Shown here: positions 34,376-46,079 of the stretch, one piece after another
Position numbering within the stretch: the first letter of the stretch is position 1
Layout of the letters: every line of letters begins with the position of its first letter
IMG/VR virus record: IMGVR_UViG_3300020395_000007
Location: 1-60,735 of that record
From: a virus
Taxonomy: Duplodnaviria > Caudoviricetes
Length of the DNA: 60,735 nucleotides
Reading direction: 5' to 3' (one strand)
The notes under the pieces: model-generated
Database searches by the model: none
What the model saw: only the letters and a program-made list of their open reading frames with translations
Told to the model about the DNA's origin: nothing
Made by a program: the position numbers and the translations under genes

Positions 34376-37300
34376 ATGCCACAGCAAACTAATCTAAATG
34401 TAGCACCATATTTTGATGACTTTGACGCATCTAATGACTACCATAAGGTATTATTCAAGCCTGGATATCCAGTACAGGCAAGAGAATTAACAACGCTACA
34501 ATCTATACTTCAGAACCAAATCGAAAAGTTTGGAGATCATTTCTTTAAGGAAGGAACTAGAGTTATTCCTGGTAATATTTCCTATAACCAATTTTATTAT
34601 GCTGTAAAATTAAACAATTCATATCAAGGGGTTCCTGTGTCTGCTTTTGCAGAACAATTGGTAGGAACACAAATTACAGGTGCTGTTTCTGGTGTTAGTG
34701 CTGTTGTCGATCATGTATTACTTCCTGGAGATTCTGAAGAAAGTAGTCTTACATTGTATGTAAATTATGTTGGTAGTAATTTAACTGATAATTCTAGTCA
34801 GCAGTTTAATGATGGAGAAGAGTTACTTTGTAATGCTATTCTTGTATCAGGATTACTTGGTAATACTACTATAAATCCAGGAACTGCTTTCGCATTAACA
34901 TTATCTAATAATAATGCTGCTACTGGATCCGCTTTCATGATAAACGAAGGTGTTTATTTTATTAGAGGACAATTCGTAACAGTAAATACAGAGACTTTAA
35001 TTTTAGATCAGTACTCAAATACTCCTAATTATAGAGTTGGATTGAATATAGTCGAAGAAATAATAAATTCAGATTTAGATGAATCATTAAATGATAATTC
35101 TCAAGGATATAATAATTATGGTTCTCCTGGTGCTGATAGATTAAGAGTAACTGCAAGTTTATTTAAAAAGTCATTAGATGATTTTGATGATAATAATTTT
35201 ATTGAATTAGGTACTGTAAAAAATGGTGAACTTAGAAGTAAAAAGAAAACAGGTAGTGGAAATAGTACACCTTTTGAGGATGATGTAGCAACTAAAATTT
35301 TTGATACTGACGGAGATTTTACGGTTAAAGAATTTAATAGTGCTGTTGCAGAATCTTTAGATGATGGATTAGGTAATAATGGATTATTTAAGCAAGGTGA
35401 ATTCACTTATGGTGGTGAACCTGCTTCTGCAGATAAGATGATCTATAAGATGTCTCCAGGTAAGGCATATGTTCGTGGTTATGATGTTGAGATACCAGAG
35501 GTAGTTTACTTAGATGCTCCTAAGACACGTACTACAAAAAGAATAGAAGATGAAGCAATAACATATAATACGGGAACAACTATTAAAATTAATAATGCAC
35601 AAGGTGCTCCTTTTATTGGTATTGGAAATACTTATGTCGTAAGTTTGAGAGATTCTAGAACTTATACTGTTGGTGCAAGTCCAGCATATAATTATGGTAA
35701 AGAAATTGGTGTTGCTAGAGTTTATGATTATAAATTAGAAGAAGGATCTCAAAAGGACTGGACTCCTGCTAATGAATTTAATTTAAGTCTTTATGATGTT
35801 CAGACAATAACTGAGTTAAGTCTAAACGAACCAACTACACTTAATACACCAGTTTTTATTAAGGGTTCTAGTAGTGGTGCAACAGGATTTCTAAAAGAAT
35901 CTGTTACTAATGGATCAACTCTACAGATTTATGAAACAGAAGGTAGTTTTATTCCAAGTGAATCTTTAATATTTGATGGTGTACAAGATGGTAGAATTTC
36001 TACAGGAATAACAGCATATGGGATATCAGATGTTAAAGCAGTATATGTAGAAGGAGTCGCAAGAGATCCTAGTCAAGGTCCTTGGCAAGATTTTAGTGGA
36101 GATGTAGTACAAAGAGATATAAAGGTAATCGGTATTGCTAGTATTACTTCTGAATATGAATGGGATTCTGGTCCTAACAGTGGTATTTGTACTGTTACTG
36201 TTCCTGCTAAATATCCAGTTAATGAGTTCTTTAAGGCTGGTGATTTAGTTAAGTTTACAAATCCAGATGACCAAAAAGAACCTATAGTTGGTGTTGTTTC
36301 ATTTACAACTTATGTTGCTCCTAGTAGTGGAGCTGGTCAGAATGATATGCTGATCAAAAAAGATTTCCAAACCAATCCAGGAATTGCAGGATCTTTACCT
36401 ATAACACATATAGTTGTTCAAGATTTTACAAAAATAGCATCTACTTTAGCAGAATCTCAGGATGATAGTCTTTATACTCCACTCCCTAAAACAAATGTAG
36501 CTTCAGTTGAATTAGATGATGCATACATTACTATCCGCAAAATTTATGATGCTAATTTTGTTGAGGGAGAAGTTTCTTCTTCTACTATTCCTACAGGTGG
36601 TGAAGATGAATACTTCCTACCATTTGATGAGGAAAGATATAGTTTATTTAATGAATATGGAACCCCTCAGAATTTAGCATCTGATAATTTTAGAGTATAT
36701 ACTGATAATAACGGTAGAAGTGCTCTTCAGATAAAGGGTATTAACCCAAATAATGTAGGTAATGATTGTAAAATAATTGCAACTTTACAGAAAAAGAATC
36801 CAAAAGCAAAATTAAAAATAAGAACTGCAGTTAAGAGTATTATTGTTGATAAATCATCCCAACCTAAGTCTGGAATTGGGTCAACTAGTGCTGATGACGG
36901 ATTAACTTATGGTGCATATCCATTCGGAACTAGAGTACAAGATGAAATAATATCACTTAATCATCCAGATGTTATTAGTTTATATGGAGTATTCGAGAGT
37001 TCTGATACTAGTAATCCATCTGCTCCTAAATTAACATTAACTGATATTGCTAGTCCTTCAACGACTACTGCTGATTTCTTAATAGGAGAAGTTATAGAGG
37101 GAGAATCTAGTGGAGCAATTGCTATTATTGCTGAAATACTTGATGATTCAACAGTTAGTTTCCTTTATAGGAATGAAGAAATATTCAAGGAAGGTGAGAG
37201 AATATTAACTAATCAAACTAATATATACTCAAATATTCAGAAATTAGATACTCCAAGCTTTGATGTTTCTGTAAATTATACGTTTGATGATGGTCAGCAA

Positions 37301-40300
37301 TCTAGTTTCTATGATTATGGATTTATAGAAAGAAAATCTGAAAATGAAGCACCTGATAGAAAATTAAAAATATATTTCTGTACTGCAGGATATAATGTAA
37401 CAGATACTGGAGATATTACTACAGCAGATTCTTATAAAAACTTTAGTTTCTCTAAAGAAATTAGAGAAATTGATGGACATAGAAATACTGATATAATTGA
37501 TATTAGACCAAGGGTTAGTGATTATTCAGTAGTTGATGGTGTTTCTAGATCTCCTCTTGAGTTCTTTGGTAGAACATTTACACAAACAGGTAATACTGCT
37601 ACAAATATATTAGCATCTAATGAAAATGTACTAGTAACTTTCTCATATTATCTTGGTAGAATTGATAGAATATTCTTGAATAAGGATGGTACATTCCAGG
37701 TTAACTATGGTGAACCTTCAGATGATCCAGATTTTCCTAATAAAGTTGATGATGCTTTAGAGGTATGTCAGGCAACTCTTCCTCCATATGTCTATGATGT
37801 ATCTGATGTAGAGATCAATTTCTTAACTCATAAAGGGTATAAGAATTCTGATATTAGAAAATTAGAAGATAGGATTAAGAATTTAGAATATTATACAGCA
37901 CTATCTTTATTGGAATCTAATACCAATAACATGTTTATTGCTGATAGAGATGGTACAAATAGATATAAGGCAGGTTTCTTTGTAGATAATTTTGCATCAT
38001 TTGACTCTCAAGAAGATGGTCTACAAATTCAGAATAGTATTGATAGAAGTAATAAACAACTTAGACCAAGACATTTTACTACTTCAGTTGATTTAATATT
38101 TGGACCTGTTACTGACGTTGATCCTAATGAGGATCTAGCATTCTCAGATGCTAGTGGTATTAATATTCAGAAAACTGGAGATGTTCTTACATTAGGATAT
38201 TCTGAAGTAGAATGGCTTAAGCAATCATTTGGAACAAGAACCGAAAGTGTTACTCCATTTATGATACCTTTCTGGCAAGGTACTATTGAATTAACTCCTG
38301 CTGGTGATACTTGGACTGATGTAGTTACTCTTAGTGCAAAAATTATTAATAGAGAGGGTAATTATGCTCAAGTTATGGCAAATGCCCAAAGAAGGTTTAA
38401 TGTAGATCCTCAATCTGGATTTGCACCTACTGTTTGGAATTCTTGGCAGACCACTTGGACTGGTATGGAGACTGATAGATGGACTCGTAATAGGTCTAGA
38501 GTAATTTCCAGCCAAAGATTAAGACAAGGAAGAAGAGAATTTCAGAGAACAAGAACAAGAGTAACTGAACAAACTTTAACACAACAATTCCAACGTACAA
38601 ATCAAGCTAGAACTGGTGTAAGAACTCTTGTTGTTGAAGATATTCAGAATACATCACAAGGTACAAGATTAGTAAGTAGAGATCTTGCACCAGCAATACG
38701 ATCTAGAAATGTTACTTTTGACGGTAAGAGGTTTAAGCCTAAGAAGAGATTATATACTTTCTTTGATGGTAAAGATGTTACCAAATACTGTGTTCCTAAA
38801 TTACTGGAAGTTAGTATGACATCTGGTACATTCCAGGTTGGTGAAACTGTTATTGGTGAATCATTTAGATCTGGTGGAATGTCAACATGGCCACATTCTA
38901 CTTCTCCCTCAATTGCTTTTAGGGTTGCCCAATTAAACCATCAAGAAGGTATCTATAGTTCACCTACTGGAGTATATCAAGAAAACCCATATGACAGTAC
39001 TCCTTTAGCATCTGGATATTCTGCATCATCAACTCTATTAAATATTGATTTATATTCCTTATCAAATCACCCACAAGGTGATTATTCTGGATGGATTGAA
39101 AGTGATATGGTGCTTCGTGGTCAAAGTAGTGGAGCACAGGCAAGAATTACTAATGTACGATTAATTCCAGATAATCATGGAATAATGCAAGGTAGTTTCT
39201 ATATTCCTAATCCAAATGGAACAAATCATCCAAAATTTGAGGTTGGAACTAAAGTATTTACTTTAATTGATAATGTATCTAATGTTGTTAAAGGTGCAGA
39301 TACTAGAGGTGAGGAAGATTATATTGCTCAAGGATTTGTTAATACTGTCCAGGAAACTATTATATCTGTTAGAAATGCTAGAGTTGAGCATAGACAGACT
39401 AATGATAGTAGATCAAGTAGAACTGCAGTTGGTTCTGCTCAAGTTGTGAGTAGTAGAACTGTAAGAACAAGAACTAATGAACGTACTATTAGATGGCATG
39501 ATCCTCTTGCACAGTCTTTCTTAGTTGATGATGAAACTGGTATTTACTTAACAAGATTTGATGTCTTCTTTAAGAGTAAGGATGATATGGGTCTTCCAGT
39601 TACTGTGCAAATCAGATCAACTGATAGAGGTTATCCATTAACTAAGGTTCTTCCTTTCTCAGAAGTAGCATTGAATCCTGATGATGTTGTTCTATCCAGT
39701 GATGGATCTGTCGCAACTTCATTCCAATTTAAGTCTCCTGTTTATCTTGAAGGTGGAAGAGAGTATGCTGTATGTTTGTTATCAAACTCTACAAAATATA
39801 GTGTATTCATTTCTAGAGTTGGTGAAGAAGATCTAATTACTAGATCATATGTTTCACAGCAACCTTATCTAGGATCTTTATTTAAGTCTCAGAATGCCTC
39901 AACTTGGGAACCAAGTCAGTGGGAAGATCTTAAATTTACTATGTATAGAGCTGATTTCGTAGATTCTGGTTCTGTAGATCTTTATAATCCAGTACTTGCA
40001 AAAGGAAATGATGAGATTGCAAGATTACAAGCAGATTCATTATCATTAAAATCTAAGACAATTAGAGTTGGTCTTGGTACAACTGCAGTAGATAATACAA
40101 TTGAGATTGGAAATACTATATCACAGCAAGGATCTGAGGCAACTGGTAATTATGTTGGTGCAGCAGGAAGTGCTTTCTATGTTTCTATAACAAATGCAGG
40201 TATTGGATTCACTCCATTTACTGCTGGAAATTATACTTATTATGATGTACCATTACAAACTATTACTGGACAAGGTAAGGGTGCTAGAGCTGTAGTTAGT

Positions 40301-41971
40301 GTAAATGGTGGTAAAGTAGATACCATACAAATAAATGATCAAGGATCTCAAGCTAATGGTGGAAATGGTTATGTTGTAGGTGATGTTATTGGTATTAGTT
40401 CTTTGGGAACTCAAGGAGCAGGTAGAGACCTTAGAGCAACTATTACGACTATTGGTGATCCTAGACAATTGATTCTTGAAAATGTCCAGGGTAATTTTGT
40501 TACTGGTGTTGGTAATACGGTTATGGTCACACGTAGCAGTGGTTTGACTACAGGATTTAATGACTTTAATGGTGGAGATGTTCAGATAGATTCTATCGAG
40601 ACTGTTGAAGATGGTTTACATGTTAAAGTAAATCATATGAATCATGGAATGTACTTCCAGAATAATGTAGTTGGTATTAGTGGTGTACAATCTGATGTTA
40701 AACCATCTAGATTAACAGCACCATATTCAGTTGATTCTACTGATGGTATATCTGTAGAAGACGGAAGTAAATTTGCAGTATTTGAGGGAGTTGGTGTTGG
40801 AACTACTAATAGAGGATATTTGCAGATTGGTGATGAAATTATTGAATATTCAAATGTAACTGGTAATACTATAGGTGGTTTTATTGCTAGATCATCTAAT
40901 GCATTTAAGCAAGATTATCCAACAGGTACAGATGTTTATAAGTATGAACTTGGTGGAGTTAACTTGAAGAGAATAAATAAAACTCATGATTTGATAAATG
41001 TAACTAAAGCAGATCCTATCAATTATGATTCATATCATGTTAAGATTGATATGTCTGAGAAGTTTAATGTAGATAATGCTGATAGAAGTACTGATGTTGG
41101 TTATCGTGCTCTCTATTTTGATAGATCTCAAACTGCTGGTGGATGGAATTCATTTGCTACCCAAAACATACCATTTGAGATCATTACACCAATGATTCAG
41201 AATTTAACACCTGAAGGTACTACTATTAATGCAACAGTTCAGACAATTACTGGACAAAGTATGAGTGGTGTTGAAACTCCTTGGGTTAATTTTGGAACTG
41301 AAAGTGTTAGCATTAACGAGATAAATTATCTAGATACTCCTAGATTGATTGGATCTAAGGTAAATGAAGATGCTAAATTAAATAATGTAACTGAAGGTAA
41401 TAAATCACTTAACTTAAAACTAACTCTTAATACTACTGATAGTAGAATTAGTCCAATGGTTGATGCTCAGAGAATGAGTGCTGTATTGACATCAAACAGA
41501 GTAAATAACGCTATTAGTGATTTTGCAACTGATCCTAGAGTAAATACTATAGGAACTGATCCATCTGCATGTAAATATATTTCTAAGGAAGTAGTAATGA
41601 CTAATTCTGCTACTTCATTAAAAGTGATTGTAGATGGTTACTGTAATGCTTTCTGTGATATTAGAGCATTTTATGCTATTAGTGAAAAGGATGGATTTAG
41701 TCCAATCTTTACACCATTCCCTGGATATAAGAATCTAACACCTCAAGGTGAGATAATTAATAAGGAAAATAGCGACGGTAGACCTGATTCTTTAGTTCCT
41801 GTACAAAATGAGTATAACTTTACTCCAGAAGATACTGAGTTTAGTTCTTACAACTTTACTGTTGATAATCTACCTTCATTCAAGGCATATAGAATTAAAT
41901 TTGTATTAACATCTACAAGTCAAGTTCATGTTCCTAGATTATCTAATTTAAGGGTAATTGCACTAGCATGA
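34376..41971 (+). CDS. Large virion structural protein (VrlC-like/DUF4815)
   Basis: NLNVAPYFDDF...VLFKPGYPVQARELTTLQSILQNQ; RIKNLEYYTALSLLE; DPLAQSF; GSLFKSQNASTW. Confidence 0.85.
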   Translation: MPQQTNLNVAPYFDDFDASNDYHKVLFKPGYPVQARELTTLQSILQNQIEKFGDHFFKEGTRVIPGNISYNQFYYAVKLNNSYQGVPVSAFAEQLVGTQITGAVSGVSAVVDHVLLPGDSEESSLTLYVNYVGSNLTDNSSQQFNDGEELLCNAILVSGLLGNTTINPGTAFALTLSNNNAATGSAFMINEGVYFIRGQFVTVNTETLILDQYSNTPNYRVGLNIVEEIINSDLDESLNDNSQGYNNYGSPGADRLRVTASLFKKSLDDFDDNNFIELGTVKNGELRSKKKTGSGNSTPFEDDVATKIFDTDGDFTVKEFNSAVAESLDDGLGNNGLFKQGEFTYGGEPASADKMIYKMSPGKAYVRGYDVEIPEVVYLDAPKTRTTKRIEDEAITYNTGTTIKINNAQGAPFIGIGNTYVVSLRDSRTYTVGASPAYNYGKEIGVARVYDYKLEEGSQKDWTPANEFNLSLYDVQTITELSLNEPTTLNTPVFIKGSSSGATGFLKESVTNGSTLQIYETEGSFIPSESLIFDGVQDGRISTGITAYGISDVKAVYVEGVARDPSQGPWQDFSGDVVQRDIKVIGIASITSEYEWDSGPNSGICTVTVPAKYPVNEFFKAGDLVKFTNPDDQKEPIVGVVSFTTYVAPSSGAGQNDMLIKKDFQTNPGIAGSLPITHIVVQDFTKIASTLAESQDDSLYTPLPKTNVASVELDDAYITIRKIYDANFVEGEVSSSTIPTGGEDEYFLPFDEERYSLFNEYGTPQNLASDNFRVYTDNNGRSALQIKGINPNNVGNDCKIIATLQKKNPKAKLKIRTAVKSIIVDKSSQPKSGIGSTSADDGLTYGAYPFGTRVQDEIISLNHPDVISLYGVFESSDTSNPSAPKLTLTDIASPSTTTADFLIGEVIEGESSGAIAIIAEILDDSTVSFLYRNEEIFKEGERILTNQTNIYSNIQKLDTPSFDVSVNYTFDDGQQSSFYDYGFIERKSENEAPDRKLKIYFCTAGYNVTDTGDITTADSYKNFSFSKEIREIDGHRNTDIIDIRPRVSDYSVVDGVSRSPLEFFGRTFTQTGNTATNILASNENVLVTFSYYLGRIDRIFLNKDGTFQVNYGEPSDDPDFPNKVDDALEVCQATLPPYVYDVSDVEINFLTHKGYKNSDIRKLEDRIKNLEYYTALSLLESNTNNMFIADRDGTNRYKAGFFVDNFASFDSQEDGLQIQNSIDRSNKQLRPRHFTTSVDLIFGPVTDVDPNEDLAFSDASGINIQKTGDVLTLGYSEVEWLKQSFGTRTESVTPFMIPFWQGTIELTPAGDTWTDVVTLSAKIINREGNYAQVMANAQRRFNVDPQSGFAPTVWNSWQTTWTGMETDRWTRNRSRVISSQRLRQGRREFQRTRTRVTEQTLTQQFQRTNQARTGVRTLVVEDIQNTSQGTRLVSRDLAPAIRSRNVTFDGKRFKPKKRLYTFFDGKDVTKYCVPKLLEVSMTSGTFQVGETVIGESFRSGGMSTWPHSTSPSIAFRVAQLNHQEGIYSSPTGVYQENPYDSTPLASGYSASSTLLNIDLYSLSNHPQGDYSGWIESDMVLRGQSSGAQARITNVRLIPDNHGIMQGSFYIPNPNGTNHPKFEVGTKVFTLIDNVSNVVKGADTRGEEDYIAQGFVNTVQETIISVRNARVEHRQTNDSRSSRTAVGSAQVVSSRTVRTRTNERTIRWHDPLAQSFLVDDETGIYLTRFDVFFKSKDDMGLPVTVQIRSTDRGYPLTKVLPFSEVALNPDDVVLSSDGSVATSFQFKSPVYLEGGREYAVCLLSNSTKYSVFISRVGEEDLITRSYVSQQPYLGSLFKSQNASTWEPSQWEDLKFTMYRADFVDSGSVDLYNPVLAKGNDEIARLQADSLSLKSKTIRVGLGTTAVDNTIEIGNTISQQGSEATGNYVGAAGSAFYVSITNAGIGFTPFTAGNYTYYDVPLQTITGQGKGARAVVSVNGGKVDTIQINDQGSQANGGNGYVVGDVIGISSLGTQGAGRDLRATITTIGDPRQLILENVQGNFVTGVGNTVMVTRSSGLTTGFNDFNGGDVQIDSIETVEDGLHVKVNHMNHGMYFQNNVVGISGVQSDVKPSRLTAPYSVDSTDGISVEDGSKFAVFEGVGVGTTNRGYLQIGDEIIEYSNVTGNTIGGFIARSSNAFKQDYPTGTDVYKYELGGVNLKRINKTHDLINVTKADPINYDSYHVKIDMSEKFNVDNADRSTDVGYRALYFDRSQTAGGWNSFATQNIPFEIITPMIQNLTPEGTTINATVQTITGQSMSGVETPWVNFGTESVSINEINYLDTPRLIGSKVNEDAKLNNVTEGNKSLNLKLTLNTTDSRISPMVDAQRMSAVLTSNRVNNAISDFATDPRVNTIGTDPSACKYISKEVVMTNSATSLKVIVDGYCNAFCDIRAFYAISEKDGFSPIFTPFPGYKNLTPQGEIINKENSDGRPDSLVPVQNEYNFTPEDTEFSSYNFTVDNLPSFKAYRIKFVLTSTSQVHVPRLSNLRVIALA

Positions 41972-42192
41972 TGCAGAGAGTAAAGGGGCATTCAGATCTT
42001 GCGAGAGATCCTAAATCGAATGCTATAATTAATACAAATACATTAGAGTATGATAAGTATGTCTCTAGACGTAATGTTTCTGTAGAAAAGAATGAAAGAG
42101 TTGATGAAATTGAACAGAATTTATCTGACTTAAAAGGTGAAATAAATGAAATTAAATCACTATTAAAGGAGTTAGTCACAAATGTCAAATAA
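41968..42192 (+). CDS. Conserved small coiled-coil protein
   Basis: VKGHSDLARDPKSNAIIN...LKGEINEIKSLL. Confidence 0.8.
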   Translation: MMQRVKGHSDLARDPKSNAIINTNTLEYDKYVSRRNVSVEKNERVDEIEQNLSDLKGEINEIKSLLKELVTNVK

Positions 42193-42568
42193 AAATATAA
42201 CCTTTAATACTGATGCTGGTGTTCCTGCAGCAGCGAATCTAGTTATTAATACTGGATCAGATTTTTCTACGACATTTACTGTTGTAGATACTAGTAATGC
42301 TGCTTTTGATTTTACTGGATATACTGCAGCATCTCAAATGTCAAAGAGTGTTGCTGTTGGGGCAACATTAGGTGCTGTTGGAACATTTACTGTTGGTATT
42401 ACTAGTGCATTGGGTGGTAAAATAAACATCTCAATGTCTGAACAGAATACACGTAATCTTTCAGAAGGTCGATATGTATATGATGTAAATGTAAAAACTG
42501 GGACTAATGTTAGTAAATTAGTTAATGGAAATATTCTAGTCTATGCTGGAATTTCTACTACCCCCTAA
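42182..42568 (+). CDS. Conserved virion-associated hypothetical protein
   Basis: NLVINTGSDF...FTGYTAASQM...GRYVYDV. Confidence 0.75.
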   Translation: MSNKNITFNTDAGVPAAANLVINTGSDFSTTFTVVDTSNAAFDFTGYTAASQMSKSVAVGATLGAVGTFTVGITSALGGKINISMSEQNTRNLSEGRYVYDVNVKTGTNVSKLVNGNILVYAGISTTP

Positions 42569-42594
42569 ATATTATATAAGGAGCATCTGTGTAA

Positions 42595-43440
42595 ATGGCA
42601 CAACCATCAAGTAGACAAGAATTAATAGATTATTGTAAGAGGCAACTTGGTGCTCCTGTATTGGAGATCAATGTTGCTGATGAACAAGTAAATGATCTGG
42701 TTGATGATGCTGTTCAGTATTTTCAAGAAAGGCATTTTGATGGAGTATCACCTGCATTATTAAAATATAAATTAACCCAGGATGATATTGATAGGGGAAG
42801 AGCAAGAGGTGGAAATAGTACCGAAGGTATAGTAACAACTACTGCTACAACAAATATAGCTGGTACAAATGTAAGTTTTGGATGGGAAGAGAATAGTAAT
42901 TATTTACAGGTTCCACCAGAGATTATTGGTGTACAAAAAATATATCATTTTGATGGAACTAATACTACAACAAATAATATGTTTAGTGTTAAATATCAAA
43001 TGTTTTTGAATGACATATATTATTGGGGATCAACAGAATTATTGACTTATGCAATGACAAAATCATATCTATCAGATATTGATTTCTTATTAACAACTCA
43101 GAAGCAAATAAGATTTAATCAGAGGCAAGATAGATTATATATGGATATTGATTGGGGTAGTGTACAGAAAAATGATTGGATAATTATGGATTGTTATAGA
43201 GCACTTAATCCTGCTGATTTTACTAGAGTATGGAATGATTCGTTCTTAAAAAAATACCTAACCCAATTAGTAAAACGCCAATGGGGACAAAATCTACTTA
43301 AATTCCAAGGAGTAAAACTTCCTGGTGGTGTTGAATTAAATGGACGGCAAATCTATGATGATGCTCAGAAAGAGCTTGATAACATCAAAGAGGTTATGTC
43401 CAATACTTATGAGTTACCACCACTAGACATGGTAGGTTGA
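42595..43440 (+). CDS. gp13: Neck protein gp13
   Basis: LIDYCKRQLGAPVLEINV; KRQWGQNLLKF..VKLPGGVELNG; TAAATA at 42566. Confidence 0.93.
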   Translation: MAQPSSRQELIDYCKRQLGAPVLEINVADEQVNDLVDDAVQYFQERHFDGVSPALLKYKLTQDDIDRGRARGGNSTEGIVTTTATTNIAGTNVSFGWEENSNYLQVPPEIIGVQKIYHFDGTNTTTNNMFSVKYQMFLNDIYYWGSTELLTYAMTKSYLSDIDFLLTTQKQIRFNQRQDRLYMDIDWGSVQKNDWIIMDCYRALNPADFTRVWNDSFLKKYLTQLVKRQWGQNLLKFQGVKLPGGVELNGRQIYDDAQKELDNIKEVMSNTYELPPLDMVG

Positions 43441-43444
43441 TATC

Positions 43445-46057
43445 ATGGCACTTAATCCATATTTCCAACAAGGTGCTAGATCCGAGCAGAATTTAATACA
43501 GGATCTAATCAACGAACAGTTGAGGATGTATGGTGTTGAAATACATTATTTACCAAGAAAATATGTAAGTGAAAAAAGTGTTATTAAAGAAGTAGTATCT
43601 TCTAAGTTTGATGATGCATATCCTATAGAAGCATATATTGATAACTTTGATGGGTATGGCGACAATCCAGTATTATTATCTAAATTTGGTATTCAGCAAA
43701 CAAATGAAGTAACTCTTGTAATATCAAAGGAGAGATTTGAGACATACATTTCTCCATTAATGAGAGGAGAAGAGAATGTAAAACTAACTACTAGACCTAA
43801 AGAAGGAGATTTAATTTACTTCCCATTAGGAGATAGGTTATTTGAGATTAAGTTCGTAGAGCATGAAAAACCATTTTATCAGTTACAGAATACTTATGTT
43901 TATGAATTGCGTTGTGAACTCTTCCGTTACGAAGATGAGGTTATTGCTACTGGAGTTGAAGAGATTGATGACGAATTAGTCGGAGATGATTTAGCTGATG
44001 CTCAGACAGAAGATGGTATTTCTACAATACTTGGCGTAACACAAACATTAAAGTTAGTTGGTAGTGGAATTAATGCATCTGCAGAAACTAACTTAGTTCT
44101 TAATGGTGGAATAAGATATATTAGTGTACTTAATAGGGGTGGTGGTTATTTAACAACACCACATGTTGGAGTATCATCTGCCCCAACAGGTGGAATTACT
44201 GGTATAGCTACAGCATTAATGATTGGTGGAATAAATGTATGTAATCTAAATGTTAATGCTTCTGCAAGATCAGTACAAGAAATACAATTAATAAATCCAG
44301 GTTCTGGGTATACTATGGCTACCCATACAGATGGTACTGTTACTCCTGGAATAGCAATTACTAATACCACAGGAACTGGTGCTGCAGCAACTGCTTATCT
44401 CACCAATCGTGGTGTTGGTATAGTTACTATTACTGGTGGTGGTAGTGGATTTACTACTGATCCTACAGTTACATTCTCTACACCGATTCATGTTGGTGCT
44501 GCTGCAACAGCAGTTATAGATACACCAATGGTAGGTGGTGGTGTTAGTGTAACCCGTGCTGTTATTAGTGATGGACCTGCTGCTTATATGTTCCCAGGAG
44601 GAACTACAGGTGGTAGATTCTATAAGCCAGGTACAATTCCAACTGTAACATTTGATCTACCTGGAGGTAATAGTCATGCTGCAACAGCAGATGCAACATT
44701 AGATGATATTGCTCTTACTGGTGGTACAGTTTTATCAACAAACCTTACATTTGGTGGTAGATTCTATAAAACTGCTCCTATCTTAACATTCTCTGCTCCA
44801 GTTAATTCTGGTGCTTCTGGATCTATTGGTATTGCGGTATCATCAATCAATCCATCCACTTTAGGGTTTACTACTACTGGTAGGGCATATAAGGTTGCTC
44901 CAACAGTGATAATTGGCACTGGTAGTGGTACAGATACACTAATAGAAGCTGCAGTTGGTATTGCAACTATTCATCCAATTACTGGTATAGTTACTGCTGT
45001 TTCATTTGATGTTGCTGATCCTTGGGCAGTTGGAACTGGAGCAACAGTTGGATATGGTTATACTGTTACTCCAACGATTTCATTCTCTGGAGCAACGGCA
45101 CAAGAAAGAGCAACAGCAACAACAACAATTGATGCTGATGGACAGGTAGATAGTATTTCCATTGGAAATAGTGGATATGGATACTATAGTACCCCATCTA
45201 TTACAATCAATCCACCAACTGCTGCAATGGAGGAATTCAGAGCATTAGGTGTTGCAACTATGAGATTTGATTCTGTTATAGCAAATGGTACTATTGGTAT
45301 AGGAACTACCAATGCTATTACAGGAATCGATACAACAGGTATTCTGATAGGAGATAGAGTAAGATTAGAGAATGGTTATGATGATATCTATTCTAACTTT
45401 ATTGCAACTGATACTTATGTAACAAGTATTGGTATAGGAACGATTTATATACAAGATGAAACATTCAATGCAGGTGCTGCAACTTCATCCTTTGAGTTTG
45501 GTATTGATAAATGTGGTATTATTACAGGAATTGCTGTTACCTACGGTGGTGGTGGATATTTAGAACCACCAGGTGTTACTATACAAAATGATGTAAGTGT
45601 TAAGAATTATCATGAAATTGTAGCAGGTGTTATTACAGCAACTGGTGCTGCACATATTAATGACGCAGGAAATGTTACTGACATATGGATAACTGATTCT
45701 GGTGCTAAGTATGTTGAAGGAGAAGGTAGTCCAACTCCTTGGATAACTATTTCTGCTCCATCTATGGATTCTACAGGAGATTATAGATTTAATGAGATAG
45801 TTACAGGAGCAACTAGTGGAGCTAGTGGAAGAGTAAGATCTTGGAGTTCTGTATCTAATGAATTGGAAATTGCATCAGTTAGTGGAACATTCCTCAACGG
45901 AGAGAAAGTTATAGGATCAAGTTCAGGTGCTTCTCATGCATTAAGAAAGACTGATACTATGCCAGATAGTGATGAATTTGCGGATAATTTTGATATAGAA
46001 ACGGAAGCAGATAAGATTTTAGACTTCTCAGAAACCAATCCATTCGGTATTCCCTAA
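43445..46057 (+). CDS. gp14: Neck protein gp14 with large internal insertion
   Basis: EQNLIQDLINEQLRMYG; RPKEGDLIYFP; FEIKFVEHEKPFYQL; DFSETNPFG. Confidence 0.9.
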   Translation: MALNPYFQQGARSEQNLIQDLINEQLRMYGVEIHYLPRKYVSEKSVIKEVVSSKFDDAYPIEAYIDNFDGYGDNPVLLSKFGIQQTNEVTLVISKERFETYISPLMRGEENVKLTTRPKEGDLIYFPLGDRLFEIKFVEHEKPFYQLQNTYVYELRCELFRYEDEVIATGVEEIDDELVGDDLADAQTEDGISTILGVTQTLKLVGSGINASAETNLVLNGGIRYISVLNRGGGYLTTPHVGVSSAPTGGITGIATALMIGGINVCNLNVNASARSVQEIQLINPGSGYTMATHTDGTVTPGIAITNTTGTGAAATAYLTNRGVGIVTITGGGSGFTTDPTVTFSTPIHVGAAATAVIDTPMVGGGVSVTRAVISDGPAAYMFPGGTTGGRFYKPGTIPTVTFDLPGGNSHAATADATLDDIALTGGTVLSTNLTFGGRFYKTAPILTFSAPVNSGASGSIGIAVSSINPSTLGFTTTGRAYKVAPTVIIGTGSGTDTLIEAAVGIATIHPITGIVTAVSFDVADPWAVGTGATVGYGYTVTPTISFSGATAQERATATTTIDADGQVDSISIGNSGYGYYSTPSITINPPTAAMEEFRALGVATMRFDSVIANGTIGIGTTNAITGIDTTGILIGDRVRLENGYDDIYSNFIATDTYVTSIGIGTIYIQDETFNAGAATSSFEFGIDKCGIITGIAVTYGGGGYLEPPGVTIQNDVSVKNYHEIVAGVITATGAAHINDAGNVTDIWITDSGAKYVEGEGSPTPWITISAPSMDSTGDYRFNEIVTGATSGASGRVRSWSSVSNELEIASVSGTFLNGEKVIGSSSGASHALRKTDTMPDSDEFADNFDIETEADKILDFSETNPFGIP

Positions 46058-46079
46058 ATAATATACCAGGACTATAACA

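Noticed and set aside
38470-39500. Arg-rich segments in the VrlC-like protein as an overprinted gene
   Set aside because: They are in frame and typical of variable loops in this family; alternative frames are short.
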